A DNA stretch of 16,000 bases from Sodalis glossinidius str. 'morsitans' (GTDB lineage Bacteria; Pseudomonadota; Gammaproteobacteria; Enterobacterales; Enterobacteriaceae), in NCBI RefSeq assembly GCF_000010085.1, contig NC_007712.1:291082-307081 (forward strand). Reading direction: 5' to 3'. Made by a program: the position numbers and the translations under genes. The notes under the pieces were generated by a model. The model had not been told where the DNA came from. It worked only from the letters and a program-made list of their open reading frames with translations, and searched no databases. How positions within the stretch are numbered: the first letter of the stretch is position 1; every line of letters starts with the position of its first letter. Shown piece after piece: positions 15,756-16,000 of the stretch.

Positions 15756-16000
15756 TTAATCCAGGTGGTAGACTTCTTCCATATTCGTCCATAATTCCCC
15801 TGGCGTACGTGTTGCAAGCGGCGTCAGGCAGGGACGCATTCCGCCCACCATTTCTTAGTAACCGGATCCACAGCCATTTTTTTCATGTCTTCTTGATAAT
15901 TGTCGCCATGATATTCGTAATAACTAAATAGATAGCCATCCTTAAAGTAAATAGAATAGTTGGCAATATTACATTTTTTGATCATGGCATTAACATCGGG
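15756..16000 (-). pseudogene. L-rhamnose mutarotase (RhaM/YiiL) family gene, 5' end outside window, frameshifted
   Basis: The minus strand reads ..NYSIYFKDGYLFSYYEYHGDNYQEDMKKMAVDPVTKKWWAECVP, then (after a 1-nt shift at ~15831-15835) CLTPLATRTPGELWTNMEEVYHLD*. This parallels E. coli RhaM (..NYAIYLD..NLLFAMVE......W..VA..DVCQRWW.YM......P......L.EVFYL). The stop lies 19 nt before the MaoC-like start, an operon-like spacing. Confidence 0.6.

Overview
This looks like an enterobacterial chromosome segment in recent, heavy gene decay. By inference it is Sodalis-like: synteny and protein similarity are to E. coli-type genes, with many pseudogenes and IS903-, IS256- and IS3-type elements. All homology calls are alignments from memory, with no database search. 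Left to right: gabD pseudogene; a short barstar-family ORF; intact yjgA/darP (-); pmbA/tldE pseudogene (+); intact cybC. Then come only broken genes: a ketopantoate-reductase-family gene, a GH15 fragment joined by deletion to a gldA pseudogene, an MscS-family channel, and a GNAT/PAT-type acetyltransferase. From about 8.9 to 14.0 kb lies an AT-rich, IS-scarred block. It holds an Rpn/YhgA-like C-terminal remnant, an internally deleted IS256-family element, and an IS903-group element with a dead transposase and only one recognisable terminal repeat. It also holds about 0.8 kb of unassignable AT-rich DNA and a 5'-truncated Bcr/CflA-type MFS gene abutting a truncated IS911-like element. The right end carries a decayed operon-like trio on the minus strand: rhamnose-mutarotase-like, MaoC-like hotdog and fucO. 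I found no rRNA, tRNA or CRISPR array. Only 2-3 of about 16 recognisable genes look intact. I did not find an intact novel multi-gene system. What merits a second look is the mode of decay (amber codons in CTAGG context, deletions across short direct repeats), a GC-rich structured insert between yjgA and pmbA, non-autonomous or one-ended IS remnants, orphan AT-rich DNA, and the unusual rhaM-like/MaoC/fucO gene combination.
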